A stretch of DNA of 27,212 bases. Origin: Sulfurimonadaceae bacterium. GTDB lineage: Bacteria > Campylobacterota > Campylobacteria > Campylobacterales > Sulfurimonadaceae. A program made the translations under genes and the position numbers. The stretch lies in contig JBFEWT010000017.1 in NCBI GenBank assembly GCA_041546225.1, positions 1 through 27,212 of the forward strand, given 5' to 3'. Of this stretch, positions 8,518-18,234 are shown in pieces; within the stretch, counting starts at the first letter, position 1; every line of letters begins with the position of its first letter. The notes under the pieces are model-generated. The model was not told where the DNA came from. It searched no databases and was given only the letters and a program-made list of their open reading frames with translations.

Positions 8518-9288
8518 TTATGAAATTTCAAGACAGTCAGCAATGGAGTAGAGACCGCTGTCCTGGTTTACCAACCATTTTGCCGCGCGGATCGCACCTT
8601 TTGAGAAGGTGTTGCGGCTGGTTGCCGTATGGTTGAGTTCAATGAACTCGCCGTCATTGTAAAAGCCGACCGTATGGCGTCCGACAATGTCGCCGCCGCG
8701 CAGTGCCATGACCGCGATCTCGTCTTTGGTACGCTCGCCGATATTGCCGTTACGGCCGCTGATGCGGACATCGTCCAGGTTCTGCCCGCGCCCGTGCGCC
8801 GCACTCTCTGCCAGTGTCAGTGCCGTCCCGCTCGGTGCATCTTTTTTATGACGGTGATGCATCTCGACGATCTCGATATCAAAGCCCTCAAGGGTCTTCG
8901 ATGCCGTGTTTACCAGTTTGCTCAGAAGTGCCACGCCCAGCGACATATTGGTCGCATAGAGTACCGGCATACGCTGACTGGTGTCATGGATCAGGTTCAG
9001 CTGATGCTCGGAAAGGCCGGTTGTACCGATGACCAGCGGGGTTGGAACGTCTTTCGCGACTTCGAGAAGTGCCTGCGTCGCATCAGGAAGCGAGAAGTCG
9101 ATAACGATGTCGCATCCTTTCAGGAATGTACGCATATCGTTTGTAACCAACACAGAAGGGTCAATCGAAAAATCGAGGTCATTACGGACATAGACCGCTG
9201 AAAGTGAAATATTCTCTTCCGCTTTAATATCATCAAGCAGCAGACGCCCGACACGGCCGCTGACACCAAATACACCAACTTTAATCAT
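8518..9288 (-). CDS. dapB: 4-hydroxy-tetrahydrodipicolinate reductase
   Basis: The N-terminal MIKVGVFGVSGRVGR is a Rossmann motif, and the HHRHKKDAPSGTA motif is characteristic of DapB. ATG at 9288 has a GAAGGG RBS. The ORF-track start at 9330 adds 14 unlikely residues. Confidence 0.88.
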   Translation of the reverse strand: MIKVGVFGVSGRVGRLLLDDIKAEENISLSAVYVRNDLDFSIDPSVLVTNDMRTFLKGCDIVIDFSLPDATQALLEVAKDVPTPLVIGTTGLSEHQLNLIHDTSQRMPVLYATNMSLGVALLSKLVNTASKTLEGFDIEIVEMHHRHKKDAPSGTALTLAESAAHGRGQNLDDVRISGRNGNIGERTKDEIAVMALRGGDIVGRHTVGFYNDGEFIELNHTATSRNTFSKGAIRAAKWLVNQDSGLYSIADCLEIS

Positions 9289-9321
9289 TACTGTCCCTTC
9301 GTACACACAAAAGATTCGGAG

Positions 9322-9356
9322 TTCTTCCAAAATGCCCTATCTGGGTAGTTTGGAAG
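9322..9356 (-). terminator. Candidate intrinsic terminator of the trxA-trxB transcript
   Basis: The 11-bp perfect inverted repeat GTTCTTCCAAA / TTTGGAAGAAC has a 13-nt loop. On the minus-strand transcript it is followed by tccgaaTCTTTTgtgtgt. It lies between the trxB stop (9437) and the dapB start. Confidence 0.4.
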
Positions 9357-9436
9357 AACCCTTTGCGCAATTGTACTAAAAGAGACCTCTGAGAATGCTG
9401 ATATGCACTCTCTATATGATCTCTTTTTACGTGATG

Positions 9437-10381
9437 TTAATGGTTGAGCTTTTCGTCAACGTAGCTGATGACCTGCAGGGCAGCAACGGCACCGTCGCCG
9501 GCGGCACAGACGACCTGCTTCGGTGCGTCATTGCGCATATCACCCGCAGCGAAGAGGCCCGGGACAGAGGTGTTCATCTTGATGTCTACCTGCACTTCGC
9601 CCCACTGTGTCATATCACAGATGAACGAACCGTCTTCTTGTTTCAATACACCGTTGTTAACGTCATAACCGACGAAGATGAAAACACCCGGTACGTCGAT
9701 CTCACGTGTCGCACCGTCATTCATCTTGACACGGATGCCCGTTACGCCCATCGCATCACCGTAAACCTCGTCCGGTGCCGCATTGAGAACCAGTTCGATA
9801 TTTTCCGTATTCTTGACACGTTCGATGGTGTTAGGCGCCGAACGGAACTCGTCGCGGCGGTGAATAAGATAGACTTTTGCACAGATCTTGGCAAGGTAAA
9901 GCGCCTCTTCGAGTGCCGTATCACCGCCACCGATAACTGCGACCTCTTTACCTTTGTAAAAGAAGCCGTCACAGGTCGCACAGGTACTTACACCGCGACC
10001 GAAGAACTCCGCCTCACCCGTAAAACCTGCAGGACGCGGATTTGCACCCGTACAGACGATGACACTGAGTGCCTCTTCTGTCGTACCGTCACCCTTGTGA
10101 ATAACAAAGTTATCCGCATCATTCTTGCTGATACGGGTCACTTCGACCATCGCATGTTTCAGACCGAATTTCTGGCACTGTTCAGGCCATGGCATCATCA
10201 GATCCATACCGGTGATCTCACCGGTCACACCCGGATAGTTCTCGATCTCGGAACTCTTTGTGATCTGCCCGCCGGGCATACCTTTTTCAAACATGGTAAC
10301 GTTATCCAAACCACCACGGGTAGCATAAAGTCCAGCTGTCAAACCAGCCGGTCCGCCCCCGATAATTGCACAATCTAACAT
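9437..10381 (-). CDS. trxB: Thioredoxin reductase
   Basis: It has an FAD motif ([11 protein letters not shown]), the redox-active CATCDG motif and an NADPH motif ([14 protein letters not shown]). ATG lies 1 nt after the stop of the upstream gene, which suggests translational coupling. Confidence 0.92.
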   Translation of the reverse strand: MLDCAIIGGGPAGLTAGLYATRGGLDNVTMFEKGMPGGQITKSSEIENYPGVTGEITGMDLMMPWPEQCQKFGLKHAMVEVTRISKNDADNFVIHKGDGTTEEALSVIVCTGANPRPAGFTGEAEFFGRGVSTCATCDGFFYKGKEVAVIGGGDTALEEALYLAKICAKVYLIHRRDEFRSAPNTIERVKNTENIELVLNAAPDEVYGDAMGVTGIRVKMNDGATREIDVPGVFIFVGYDVNNGVLKQEDGSFICDMTQWGEVQVDIKMNTSVPGLFAAGDMRNDAPKQVVCAAGDGAVAALQVISYVDEKLNH

Positions 10382-10382
10382 A

Positions 10383-10859
10383 TCAGTATTCCTTTGTAAT
10401 CTCTTCTAAAGTATCAAGTTGGCGTATCATACTGTCTTGTTTATAAAGTCCGTCTTTGACTTTTTTAATAATAAAAACGGTAGGTGTATGATAAATATTA
10501 AAGCGTTGAATCAACTGCAAAGTCGTGTTGGTACCACTGCGTACAAAGAGCGTATTCTCCGTTGATTCGAAGCTCTGCTGGTAGTAGTCGACTGCCAATA
10601 TTGGGTATGCCGCCTTAGCCTCTTTCAGCGTCTCTGCGGTACCGGGTACGTTAGAGCTGTAAAAGACGACGACATACTTTTCGGCAGTGGGTGTAAACAG
10701 TGTTTTTTTCTGATAGAAGACCCATTCAGAAAAGTTGACGAATTTATATTCGGAGAATTTGTAGTTGAAGTAAGCGAAAGCGGCAGCGACCATCGCCGCG
10801 CCAAAGAAAGAGGCGAGCAGTGTCGTGACCGAGAAGAGACCTGCTCCCCTTCGTGCCAT
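10383..10859 (-). CDS. Membrane-anchored thioredoxin-fold protein lacking the CxxC active site
   Basis: It has an N-in signal-anchor ([31 protein letters not shown]). The soluble domain resembles thioredoxin: [14 protein letters not shown] sits where thioredoxin has ..DFWA.WCGPC, and [12 protein letters not shown] matches the cis-Pro beta-strand. The protein contains no Cys. Confidence 0.6.
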   Translation of the reverse strand: MARRGAGLFSVTTLLASFFGAAMVAAAFAYFNYKFSEYKFVNFSEWVFYQKKTLFTPTAEKYVVVFYSSNVPGTAETLKEAKAAYPILAVDYYQQSFESTENTLFVRSGTNTTLQLIQRFNIYHTPTVFIIKKVKDGLYKQDSMIRQLDTLEEITKEY

Positions 10860-10879
10860 AACTGCTCAGTACCTAGTTG

Positions 10880-11200
10880 TTATGCAAGCAGAGCGTTAAG
10901 TTTCTCTTCAAATGCCTGCTTGGAAGCAGCACCAACCATTTGCTCAACGACTTCACCGTCTTTGAAGAAGATGATCGTCGGGATAGAACGGATACCGTAT
11001 TTAATAGCGATGTCCTGCTCTTCGTCAGTGTTCACTTTACAGATCTTTGCTTTACCGTCAAAGTCTTCTGCAAGTTCTTCAACAACAGGAGCGATCATGC
11101 GACAAGGACCACACCATGGTGCCCAAAAGTCTACAAGGGCAACACCCTCTTTTACTGTTTCTTCGATGTTAGCAGCCGTAAGCTCGATATATTTAGCCAT
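10880..11200 (-). CDS. trxA: Thioredoxin
   Basis: The 106-aa translation has the WAPWCGPC active site and the GIRSIPT cis-Pro motif. An AAGGAA RBS lies 4-5 nt before the ATG. Confidence 0.95.
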   Translation of the reverse strand: MAKYIELTAANIEETVKEGVALVDFWAPWCGPCRMIAPVVEELAEDFDGKAKICKVNTDEEQDIAIKYGIRSIPTIIFFKDGEVVEQMVGAASKQAFEEKLNALLA

Positions 11201-11224
11201 GATATTCCTTCATGAAAATTTATT

Positions 11225-11245
11225 TAAAGTATTATACCTGTCAAT
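11225..11245 (-). promoter_or_regulatory. Candidate promoter of the trxA operon
   Basis: TATAAT on the minus strand (reverse complement of attata at 11231..11236) lies about 30 nt upstream of the trxA ATG, within a 180-bp AT-rich intergenic region. Confidence 0.3.
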
Positions 11246-11381
11246 TCTTTAAAATCACTTTGACCCCAAATACTGTTATTTTCAATACAGAAATGGCGTC
11301 TGGTATAAATCGGATAAATTTTATCCTATTTAAAAAACATTCTTACTAATGATATGAACTACGTTGTTTGATTAAGATATC

Positions 11382-11711
11382 TTAAAGGGTGATATTTTCG
11401 ACCAGCGACACCTTTTGTGGTGTCACAATAACCGCATCGACGACATAGTCCAGTGTGAGTCGGTGGCGCTGAAGATAGGTATCTACGGTTCGAAGGATAC
11501 GGGAAAGTTTTGTCGGGGTGATGTTTTGGATCGCGCTGCCGTAGTCGGCGGCGCTTTTGACTTCGATGAAGTGGAGCACCTCATCTCTTAGCGCGATAAT
11601 ATCGATCTCGCCGAAACGGCTGTGAACGTTGCGGTCGATAATATCGAAGCCCTGCTCACGCAGGAAACTGCAGGCTCTCTCTTCCGCCTGCAATCCCGCT
11701 GCGAGGCTCAC
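11382..11711 (-). CDS. yraN: YraN/UPF0102 family protein (predicted PD-(D/E)xK-type endonuclease)
   Basis: GLQAEERACSFLREQGFDIIDRNV...GEIDIIAL...IEVK matches the UPF0102 signature (AE..A...L...G, GEIDLI, E.K). The GTG start lies 1 nt after the stop of the upstream FdhF-like gene. Confidence 0.8.
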   Translation of the reverse strand: MSLAAGLQAEERACSFLREQGFDIIDRNVHSRFGEIDIIALRDEVLHFIEVKSAADYGSAIQNITPTKLSRILRTVDTYLQRHRLTLDYVVDAVIVTPQKVSLVENITL

Positions 11712-11712
11712 G

Positions 11713-13785
11713 CTATGCTACCGGCGCCTCGGCAGGGACAATATCGACCTTGATCGATTTGAACGCCGCCGTCATGATCAGCTCATCGCGCTTGTCGCCG
11801 AAGATGGCGTTTACTTTTGATCTGGAGTGGTGAAAGGTGACAAAAAGTGTTTTCGGTTTCACCTTGTCGGTCAGCTTGACACGCAGCGGAGTCGTCTCGC
11901 CGTGCTCGTTCTTCAAGATCACATACTCTGTAGGGAAATCTTTTGCATCCTCTTCGCAGACCAAGAGCACGTCTTCATCGTAACGTTTGTTCAATGACTC
12001 GCTTCGCTTGGTCTGCGCCGCATTGTTGTAGTGCGCCAGGGTACGTCCCGTAGTCAGATGATACCCCTCCAGGCGATCTTCGAGAATCTCTTTGATCATC
12101 CCGCGTTCCTGGTACTGATGGTAATGGAACTGCCCAAGCCCGTCGGGAGTTCTAAAGTCAAGCAGGTGCAGTACCGGCGTATCTTCGTTATATACCGGCC
12201 ACTGAAGTCCGCGTTTGCGATGGCGCTCGAGTCTCAGGTACGATGCCCCGCTGTAACGCTGCGTTGCCGTCTTGCGCACCTCTTCCCAGACGTCGTTGCT
12301 CTCTTTATAGTCGTAGTTGGCCCCGAGCTTGTTGCTTAGCATCTGGATCACTTCCCAGTCATCGGGGAGGTCGCTCTGTACCAGCGGCTGCGAGAGGTGC
12401 AGACGGCGCATCGCATTGACATAGACGCCGGTCTTCTCATACGCCGACTTCACACCGACGACAATATCCGCACGCTGTGCGATGTCGGTCATAAAGAGTT
12501 CCTGAACCAGGATGAACTCCAGCTGGTCCATCGCTTTTTCGATCTTGTTGATGTTAGGGTGGATATGCATGATATCTTCGCCCATGTTGTGCAGGGACTT
12601 TATCTTGCCCTCGAGCATCGCATCGATGAGGATCGGTGTCGCCAGGCCGGACTCTTCGGGTGTCTGATAATCCGGCTCATAATACGGCAGACAGCCCATA
12701 TCGCAGGCACCCTGCACGTTGTTCTGACCGCGTAGCGGCATGAGGCCTACGCCGTGGCGGCCGACATTGCCCGTCAGAAGCGCCAGGTGGGTGATCGCCA
12801 TTACCGCGTACGAACCGTCTGTATGTTCGGTGATGCCCAGACCCCAGAAGATCATCGAGTTTTTCACGGCATATTCGCGCGCGATGTTCGGGATGAGTTT
12901 GGCAAGGTGTTCATACCCCTTGAGCTGCTTGAAGTAGTCCGGGTTGGCATACGGGTCGCTGAGTATCTTCTCTTTATACTCCTCGAACCATTTCGTGCGC
13001 GTTGCGATGAACTCTTTGTTATAGAGCTCCTCTTCGATGATGACATGGGCCATCATATTGAGGACAAGCAGGTTCGCTTCGTGCGGGATGATAGCCTGAT
13101 GCTTGGCGTACTTCATCAGTTTGATCTCGCGTACGTCCAAAACGGCCAGGTTGTTGTTTTTACGGGCCGCGTCGATCATACGGTTGGCTACGATAGGGTG
13201 TGCCTCGGTCGTGTTCGAACCGATGACGATCATGAACTCTGTTTCATAAATATCGTTATACGGGTTGGTAGCAGCGCCCTCGCCGATGGTCGTACGCATA
13301 CCTTTCAGGCTCGGTGCGTGGCAGACGCGTGCACAGTTGTCGATGTTGGGTGACTTGAGGGTCTGGCGGGTATATTTCTGGAACAAGAACGCGCTCTCGC
13401 ACGAGGTTCGCGCCCCGCCGATAGAGCTGAGGCTGTGACGCCCGTACTTCTCTTTGATCTCGAGCATCTTCATCGCCGATGCCGTTGTCGCACCCTCAAG
13501 ATCGGTCGTGTACCAGGTGTCGTCAAGTTCGCCCAGCGATGAGGCGATGGCCTCTTTGATGTGCGGGTTCTTCTCTAAAAAGCTCTTCTTGACACGCGGC
13601 TGACGGACACGTTCGTCCGAAGCGACAAAGTCAAAACCGTACTTGCCCTTGATACAGAGTTTCCCCTGTGATACATATCCATCCGGGGATGCGCTGATCT
13701 TAACTATTTTGTTGTCTTCAACTTCACCGACGATGTCACATCCGACACCACAATAGGTACATACGCTGTCAATCATCTTTGCCAT
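11713..13785 (-). CDS. Molybdopterin (bis-MGD) oxidoreductase of the formate dehydrogenase H (FdhF) family, Cys variant
   Basis: It has the N-terminal [4Fe-4S] motif CTYCGVGC...C. The block CARVCHAPS corresponds to E. coli FdhF ARV-U-HGPS, with Cys in place of selenocysteine. The 690-aa length fits a stand-alone FdhF. ATG at 13785 is preceded by a GGAG RBS. Confidence 0.8.
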   Translation of the reverse strand: MAKMIDSVCTYCGVGCDIVGEVEDNKIVKISASPDGYVSQGKLCIKGKYGFDFVASDERVRQPRVKKSFLEKNPHIKEAIASSLGELDDTWYTTDLEGATTASAMKMLEIKEKYGRHSLSSIGGARTSCESAFLFQKYTRQTLKSPNIDNCARVCHAPSLKGMRTTIGEGAATNPYNDIYETEFMIVIGSNTTEAHPIVANRMIDAARKNNNLAVLDVREIKLMKYAKHQAIIPHEANLLVLNMMAHVIIEEELYNKEFIATRTKWFEEYKEKILSDPYANPDYFKQLKGYEHLAKLIPNIAREYAVKNSMIFWGLGITEHTDGSYAVMAITHLALLTGNVGRHGVGLMPLRGQNNVQGACDMGCLPYYEPDYQTPEESGLATPILIDAMLEGKIKSLHNMGEDIMHIHPNINKIEKAMDQLEFILVQELFMTDIAQRADIVVGVKSAYEKTGVYVNAMRRLHLSQPLVQSDLPDDWEVIQMLSNKLGANYDYKESNDVWEEVRKTATQRYSGASYLRLERHRKRGLQWPVYNEDTPVLHLLDFRTPDGLGQFHYHQYQERGMIKEILEDRLEGYHLTTGRTLAHYNNAAQTKRSESLNKRYDEDVLLVCEEDAKDFPTEYVILKNEHGETTPLRVKLTDKVKPKTLFVTFHHSRSKVNAIFGDKRDELIMTAAFKSIKVDIVPAEAPVA

Positions 13786-13924
13786 CAGAACACTCCGTAG
13801 GGCTTTGGGGAGTCCAGCCCATTTTAAAATTGTTGAAGTTTACAATCTTGTCTCTTAAGTATTGCGGAAAATGCTCCAAAAAGCATTTGATTAAATAAAC
13901 TCTAAGAAGAGCGCTTCACACTCT

Positions 13925-15541
13925 TCATTCAGTGTCAAAATCCAGCTGTTCTGGTCTCATCTCTTCTTGGCCGAACCTGATGTGCAGCTCTTTGTCGTAA
14001 AAGAAGCGCACGACCTCTTTGTCCAGCGCGTTCTGTTCCGCCATCGACTCCATGATGCGTTTTACCATACTCATAGGCATGGTCTCTTTATAGGGTCTGT
14101 CCGAAGCGGTCAATGCCTCAAAGATGTCCGCGAATGCCAGTATCCTCGCTTCGAGCGAAAGCTCTTTCGCGCTTAATCCCAGCGGGTAACCCGTCCCGTC
14201 AAGCCGCTCGTGATGGCCGCCGGCGATTTCGGGAACTCTTCGCAGTTTCTTCGGAAAGGGAAGCTGCCGCAGCATCTCGTGGCTAACGCGGGCATGATCG
14301 TTGATGATCTCGCGTTCAGCACTGTTCAGCGTCCCTTTGGCGATCGTAATATTTTCAAGTTCGTCCCTGCTGAGAAGCGGCTCTTTTTTGCCGCCGGCAC
14401 ACCACTCTCTTTTGGCGATCTCATGCACCCGCGCGATATCATCTTCGTGCATCACTTCGCCGCCTATGTTGATGCTCTCCAAAAAAGCCATCTCTTCATC
14501 AAGCATCTGAACATCCCGCAGGAACTCCGCTTTGCGTTTTTCAAGCACTGCATCTTCTTTGCCCCCCAAAGCCTCTTTCTCTTTATAAAAAGCGAGTTCG
14601 CGCTCTCTCTTCAGCAGCTCGAAACGCATTTTGACTATTTCGATACGGTCGTATATCGTTTCGAGTTTCGTCGTCTTGTTGATGACGTATTCGGGTGTAG
14701 TGATCTTCCCGACATCATGCATCAATGCAGCGATATGAAGCTCTTCGAGCTCATGCGCATCATAATATATATCTTTAAACACGCCCTCGTCCGAAGCGTT
14801 GATCGCTTCACTCATCAAGCCCGTTATCTTCGCCACTTTCCTGATGTGTCCCCCCGTATGCGGAGACTTTTCATCGATGGCGGTCGCGATACTTTGGATA
14901 AACGACCGCAAAAGCTTCTTCAGGTCATTGATGAGCTGTGTGTTTGTAAGCGCAACGGCCGCCTGCGATGCCACGGAGAGTGCGATATCCCTGTCGGCTT
15001 GCGTAAAGGAGACGATCTCCCCGCTGCGAGGATCGATCCGGTTTATCAGCTGGCATACCCCGATGATCTCCGCTTCATGATTGCGCATCGGGATGACCAG
15101 CATCGACTTTGAACGGTAGCCGGTGCTGGCATCGAACATCTTGGTGCCGGTAAAATCCCACGCGTTCGTAGTGTGCACATCATCGATGGCGACTACTTTA
15201 CCTTCAATGGCGCACAGCACGGCGACCATTTCCCTGTTCTCGCTGCCATCTTCGCTGTAGAGCCGCAGCGGCTCCCATTCAATAGGTTCATGCGTACCGC
15301 CCATCTTTACACCCAGCGAGTCGGTCTGGACCACATTGAACTCCAAAAACTGCTCGTCCGCACTTTTCAGGTAAAGTGTCCCTGCATCGGCAGTGGTCAA
15401 TGTTTTCAGCTCCGTCAGGATCAATTCGAGCAATACATTGCGGTCGTGTTCCGCAGAGAGTGCCATACCGATCTTGTTGAGCTGCCCGATCAAAGCCTCT
15501 GCACCCTCTTCTCCTGTACTCCCCAGATGTATATCACTCAT
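13925..15541 (-). CDS. GAF-domain HD-GYP phosphodiesterase (probable c-di-GMP hydrolase)
   Basis: The C-terminal region has HD (ALMHDVGK) and GYP ([16 protein letters not shown]) motifs. A roughly 200-aa GAF-like sensory domain lies N-terminal to it. Confidence 0.85.
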   Translation of the reverse strand: MSDIHLGSTGEEGAEALIGQLNKIGMALSAEHDRNVLLELILTELKTLTTADAGTLYLKSADEQFLEFNVVQTDSLGVKMGGTHEPIEWEPLRLYSEDGSENREMVAVLCAIEGKVVAIDDVHTTNAWDFTGTKMFDASTGYRSKSMLVIPMRNHEAEIIGVCQLINRIDPRSGEIVSFTQADRDIALSVASQAAVALTNTQLINDLKKLLRSFIQSIATAIDEKSPHTGGHIRKVAKITGLMSEAINASDEGVFKDIYYDAHELEELHIAALMHDVGKITTPEYVINKTTKLETIYDRIEIVKMRFELLKRERELAFYKEKEALGGKEDAVLEKRKAEFLRDVQMLDEEMAFLESINIGGEVMHEDDIARVHEIAKREWCAGGKKEPLLSRDELENITIAKGTLNSAEREIINDHARVSHEMLRQLPFPKKLRRVPEIAGGHHERLDGTGYPLGLSAKELSLEARILAFADIFEALTASDRPYKETMPMSMVKRIMESMAEQNALDKEVVRFFYDKELHIRFGQEEMRPEQLDFDTE

Positions 15542-15699
15542 TAAAGCAGCCTGTTGTCTGAAATTTTACGCATGTCATTTTTAAAGATGCTATTGACCTA
15601 TTCTACCATAGCGGCGTATTCAGTAAATTAAGTGCTGATGGTACGGCTGCGGCATAACGTGTTCAGGCCTCAAGGCAGGTGGGAAGAGTGGTTTGATCA

Positions 15700-15747
15700 G
15701 TTTTGAAAAGAGAAGAAAAAAGCAGGGTACGCAGACCCGAAGGGTCA
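15700..15747 (-). terminator. Candidate terminator after hom
   Basis: On the minus-strand transcript, a GACCC-TTC-GGGTC hairpin overlaps the TGA stop. A second short GGGT..ACCC stem follows, and then TTTTTTCTTCTCTTTTC. Confidence 0.35.
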
Positions 15748-17004
15748 GACGATACGGATCATCACCGGTTCGGCAGCGATGAATGCAAAAGCGTTCAATG
15801 ATTCTATAACACGCTGGATATCTGCTTCGATCGCGATGTGTGTTGAGAAAAGAAGGTTGGCATAATTTCCATCAGTAGGACGCTGAAGCATCGTCTCGAT
15901 GGAGATGTTGTGCTCTCCGAAGAGCTTTGTGATCTGTGCAAGGACACCCGGCTTGTCTTCAACTTTCAGGCGGAGGTAGTACTTGGATGCGATACGCTCT
16001 TTCGCTTTGAGTTTCAGACCCGCTTCGAGCGGTTTGTCAAAGCCCAGCATCGGTGCACGCTTACCGGAGCGGACAATATCGATAATGTTCGCGACCACGG
16101 CGCTCGCAGTAGCGTCACCGCCGGCACCCGGGCCGTAGTAGAGTGTCTCGCCGACACGGTCGCCGACGACGCTGATCCCGTTCATGACGCCGTCGATCTT
16201 GGCGATCATCTCATCTTTTTTGACCAGTGCGGCATGCACGCGCAGTTCCACTTCGTCGCCGTCACGCTTGGCGATACCGAGCAGTTTCACGGCATACCCG
16301 AACTCTTTGGCAAAAGCGATGTCGTCTTGTGTAACGTTCTGTATACCCTCGATGAGTATATCTTCGGGCTTGGCATCGATGCCGTAAGCGATGGAAGCGA
16401 GGATGAGCAGTTTATGTGCCGCATCGAAACCGCCGATGTCGAAGGTCGGGTCCGCTTCCGCGTAGCCAAGGTCCTGCGACTCTTGCAAGATGGCGTCAAA
16501 GGCGACACCCTCGTCCATCATCTTCGTCAGCATATAGTTACACGTACCGTTCATGATACCCATGATCGATTCGATGTGGTTTGCAGAGAGGCCGTCGCGC
16601 AGCGCGTTGATGATAGGAATACCGCCGGCGACACTTGCTTCGTATTCGAATGCCAGGTCTTTGGCGATGTCCTGGAGTTCGTAGCGGTGGTACGCCAGCA
16701 GCGCTTTGTTCGCCGTGACGACCGCTTTGCCGTTTTGCAATGCTGTCTTGACCACTTCGAACGGCTCTTCAACGCCGCCCATCAATTCGACGACAATGTC
16801 GATCTCGGGGTCGTTGACGATATCGTACGGATCTGCCGTAAGGGCGATGTCGATATCGCGCGCTTTGTTCAGGTTACGCACGACGCCGCTTTTTACAACG
16901 ATCTCGTCACCCGCACGTGCGGTGATCATCTCTTTGTTGTCACTGAGGATCTTAACGACCGAGGTACCTACTGTTCCAACGCCTATGACACCGACTTTAA
17001 TCAT
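15745..17004 (-). CDS. hom: Homoserine dehydrogenase
   Basis: The N-terminus has an NAD motif (MIKVGVIGVGTVGTSVV) and the core has a homoserine dehydrogenase catalytic domain. The C-terminus has an ACT domain. The ATG overlaps the upstream stop (TAATG). Confidence 0.92.
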   Translation of the reverse strand: MIKVGVIGVGTVGTSVVKILSDNKEMITARAGDEIVVKSGVVRNLNKARDIDIALTADPYDIVNDPEIDIVVELMGGVEEPFEVVKTALQNGKAVVTANKALLAYHRYELQDIAKDLAFEYEASVAGGIPIINALRDGLSANHIESIMGIMNGTCNYMLTKMMDEGVAFDAILQESQDLGYAEADPTFDIGGFDAAHKLLILASIAYGIDAKPEDILIEGIQNVTQDDIAFAKEFGYAVKLLGIAKRDGDEVELRVHAALVKKDEMIAKIDGVMNGISVVGDRVGETLYYGPGAGGDATASAVVANIIDIVRSGKRAPMLGFDKPLEAGLKLKAKERIASKYYLRLKVEDKPGVLAQITKLFGEHNISIETMLQRPTDGNYANLLFSTHIAIEADIQRVIESLNAFAFIAAEPVMIRIV

Positions 17005-18227
17005 TACTTACTCTCACTCTCTTCAAACTGCTGCAAAAAGCGTTTGATGTTTTTCGCGGCCTGACGGATGCGATTTTCGTTCTCGATCAATGCGATACGC
17101 ACATAGCCCTCGCCATAATCACCGAAACCGATACCCGGTGCGACAGCGACCTGCGCTTCGACGAGCAGGCGCTTGGAAAACTCAAGAGAACCGAGGTGTT
17201 CGACGCACGGAGGGATCTTGGCCCAGACGAACATCGATGCCTTGTTGCGGCGGATCGGCCAGCCGGCGCGGTTAAATGCATCCAGCAGTACATCCTGACG
17301 GACATCATACTTGTGAATGATCTCTTCCACACAGGTCTGATCACCGTTAAGCGCTACGGTCGCCGCCACCTGGATCGGTGTGAACATACCGTAATCCAGC
17401 CAGCTTTTGATCTTCTGCAGGGCGCCGATGAGCTTTTTGTTACCGACAAAGAAGCCTACGCGCCAACCGGCCATGTTGTAGCTCTTTGAGAGGGTAAACG
17501 ATTCCACAGCGACATCCTTCGCACCCGGTACGGACATGATGGACGGTGTCATGTAGCCGTCAAACGTGATGTCACCGTAAGCGATATCGCTGATGATGTA
17601 AAAACGCTCTTTTTTCGCCAAGGCGACCAGGCGCTCATAAAACTCCGGTGTTACCGTTGCCGTTGAGGGGTTGTGCGGGAAGTTCACTACGACATATTTC
17701 GGTTTCGGGAACGAGTCTCTGAACGCATGGTCAAGGTTGACAAAGAACTGATCCTCATCGACATTGTAATCTTCATCGAACGGCAGTTCCATCTTCTGGA
17801 CATTACCGCCCGCAAGGATAAACGCATACGAGTGGATCGGGTATGTCGGATCAGGTACGACTGCCACGTCACCCGGGTTCGTAATAGCATAGGCGAGGTG
17901 CGCGTAGCCCTCTTTCGAACCCATCGTCGCTACTGCTTCCGTCTCAGGGTCAAGGTCGACATCGTAACGGCGCTTGTACCAGTCACAAATCGCCGTACGC
18001 AGTTTGATAATGCCTTTGGAATTCGAATAGCCGTGAGTCTTTGTCTTCTGTGCCGACTCAATCAGCTTTTCACGAATATGCTCAGGAGTATCCCCATCCG
18101 GGTTACCCATACTAAAATCGATAACATCGGCACCGGCACGGCGCTCTGCCATTTTCAGGTCATTGACTTCTGCAAAAACATATTTCGGCAGACGCTTAAT
18201 CCGGTCAAATTCAATTTCGTCAAACAT
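17004..18227 (-). CDS. PLP-dependent class I aminotransferase (AlaC/AspB-like)
   Basis: It has a PLP-lysine motif (SKSYNMAGWRVGF), a GNP motif (FSMGNPDGDTP), and a conserved N-terminus (LPKYVFAEVNDLK). At 407 aa, it is translationally coupled to hom. Confidence 0.85.
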   Translation of the reverse strand: MFDEIEFDRIKRLPKYVFAEVNDLKMAERRAGADVIDFSMGNPDGDTPEHIREKLIESAQKTKTHGYSNSKGIIKLRTAICDWYKRRYDVDLDPETEAVATMGSKEGYAHLAYAITNPGDVAVVPDPTYPIHSYAFILAGGNVQKMELPFDEDYNVDEDQFFVNLDHAFRDSFPKPKYVVVNFPHNPSTATVTPEFYERLVALAKKERFYIISDIAYGDITFDGYMTPSIMSVPGAKDVAVESFTLSKSYNMAGWRVGFFVGNKKLIGALQKIKSWLDYGMFTPIQVAATVALNGDQTCVEEIIHKYDVRQDVLLDAFNRAGWPIRRNKASMFVWAKIPPCVEHLGSLEFSKRLLVEAQVAVAPGIGFGDYGEGYVRIALIENENRIRQAAKNIKRFLQQFEESESK

Positions 18228-18234
18228 AGGATTC

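Noticed and set aside
11372-11385. A perfect 14-bp palindrome TTAAGATATCTTAA overlapping the yraN stop codon.
   Set aside because: About 1-2 perfect 14-bp palindromes are expected by chance in 27 kb. It cannot form an RNA hairpin of useful size, and it has no partner sites. It is probably coincidental.
13065-13100. Selenocysteine (TGA recoding plus SECIS) in the FdhF-like gene.
   Set aside because: The active-site position is encoded by TGC (Cys) within an uninterrupted 690-codon frame (CARVCHAPS). There is no in-frame TGA and no need for a SECIS.
13868-13926. Two short hairpins (AAATGCT..AGCATTT and GAAGAG..CTCTTC) between HD-GYP and the fdhF-like gene as terminators.
   Set aside because: Neither is followed by a U-tract on the transcribed strand. 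They could equally be processing or stabilising structures. This is too weak to annotate as a feature.
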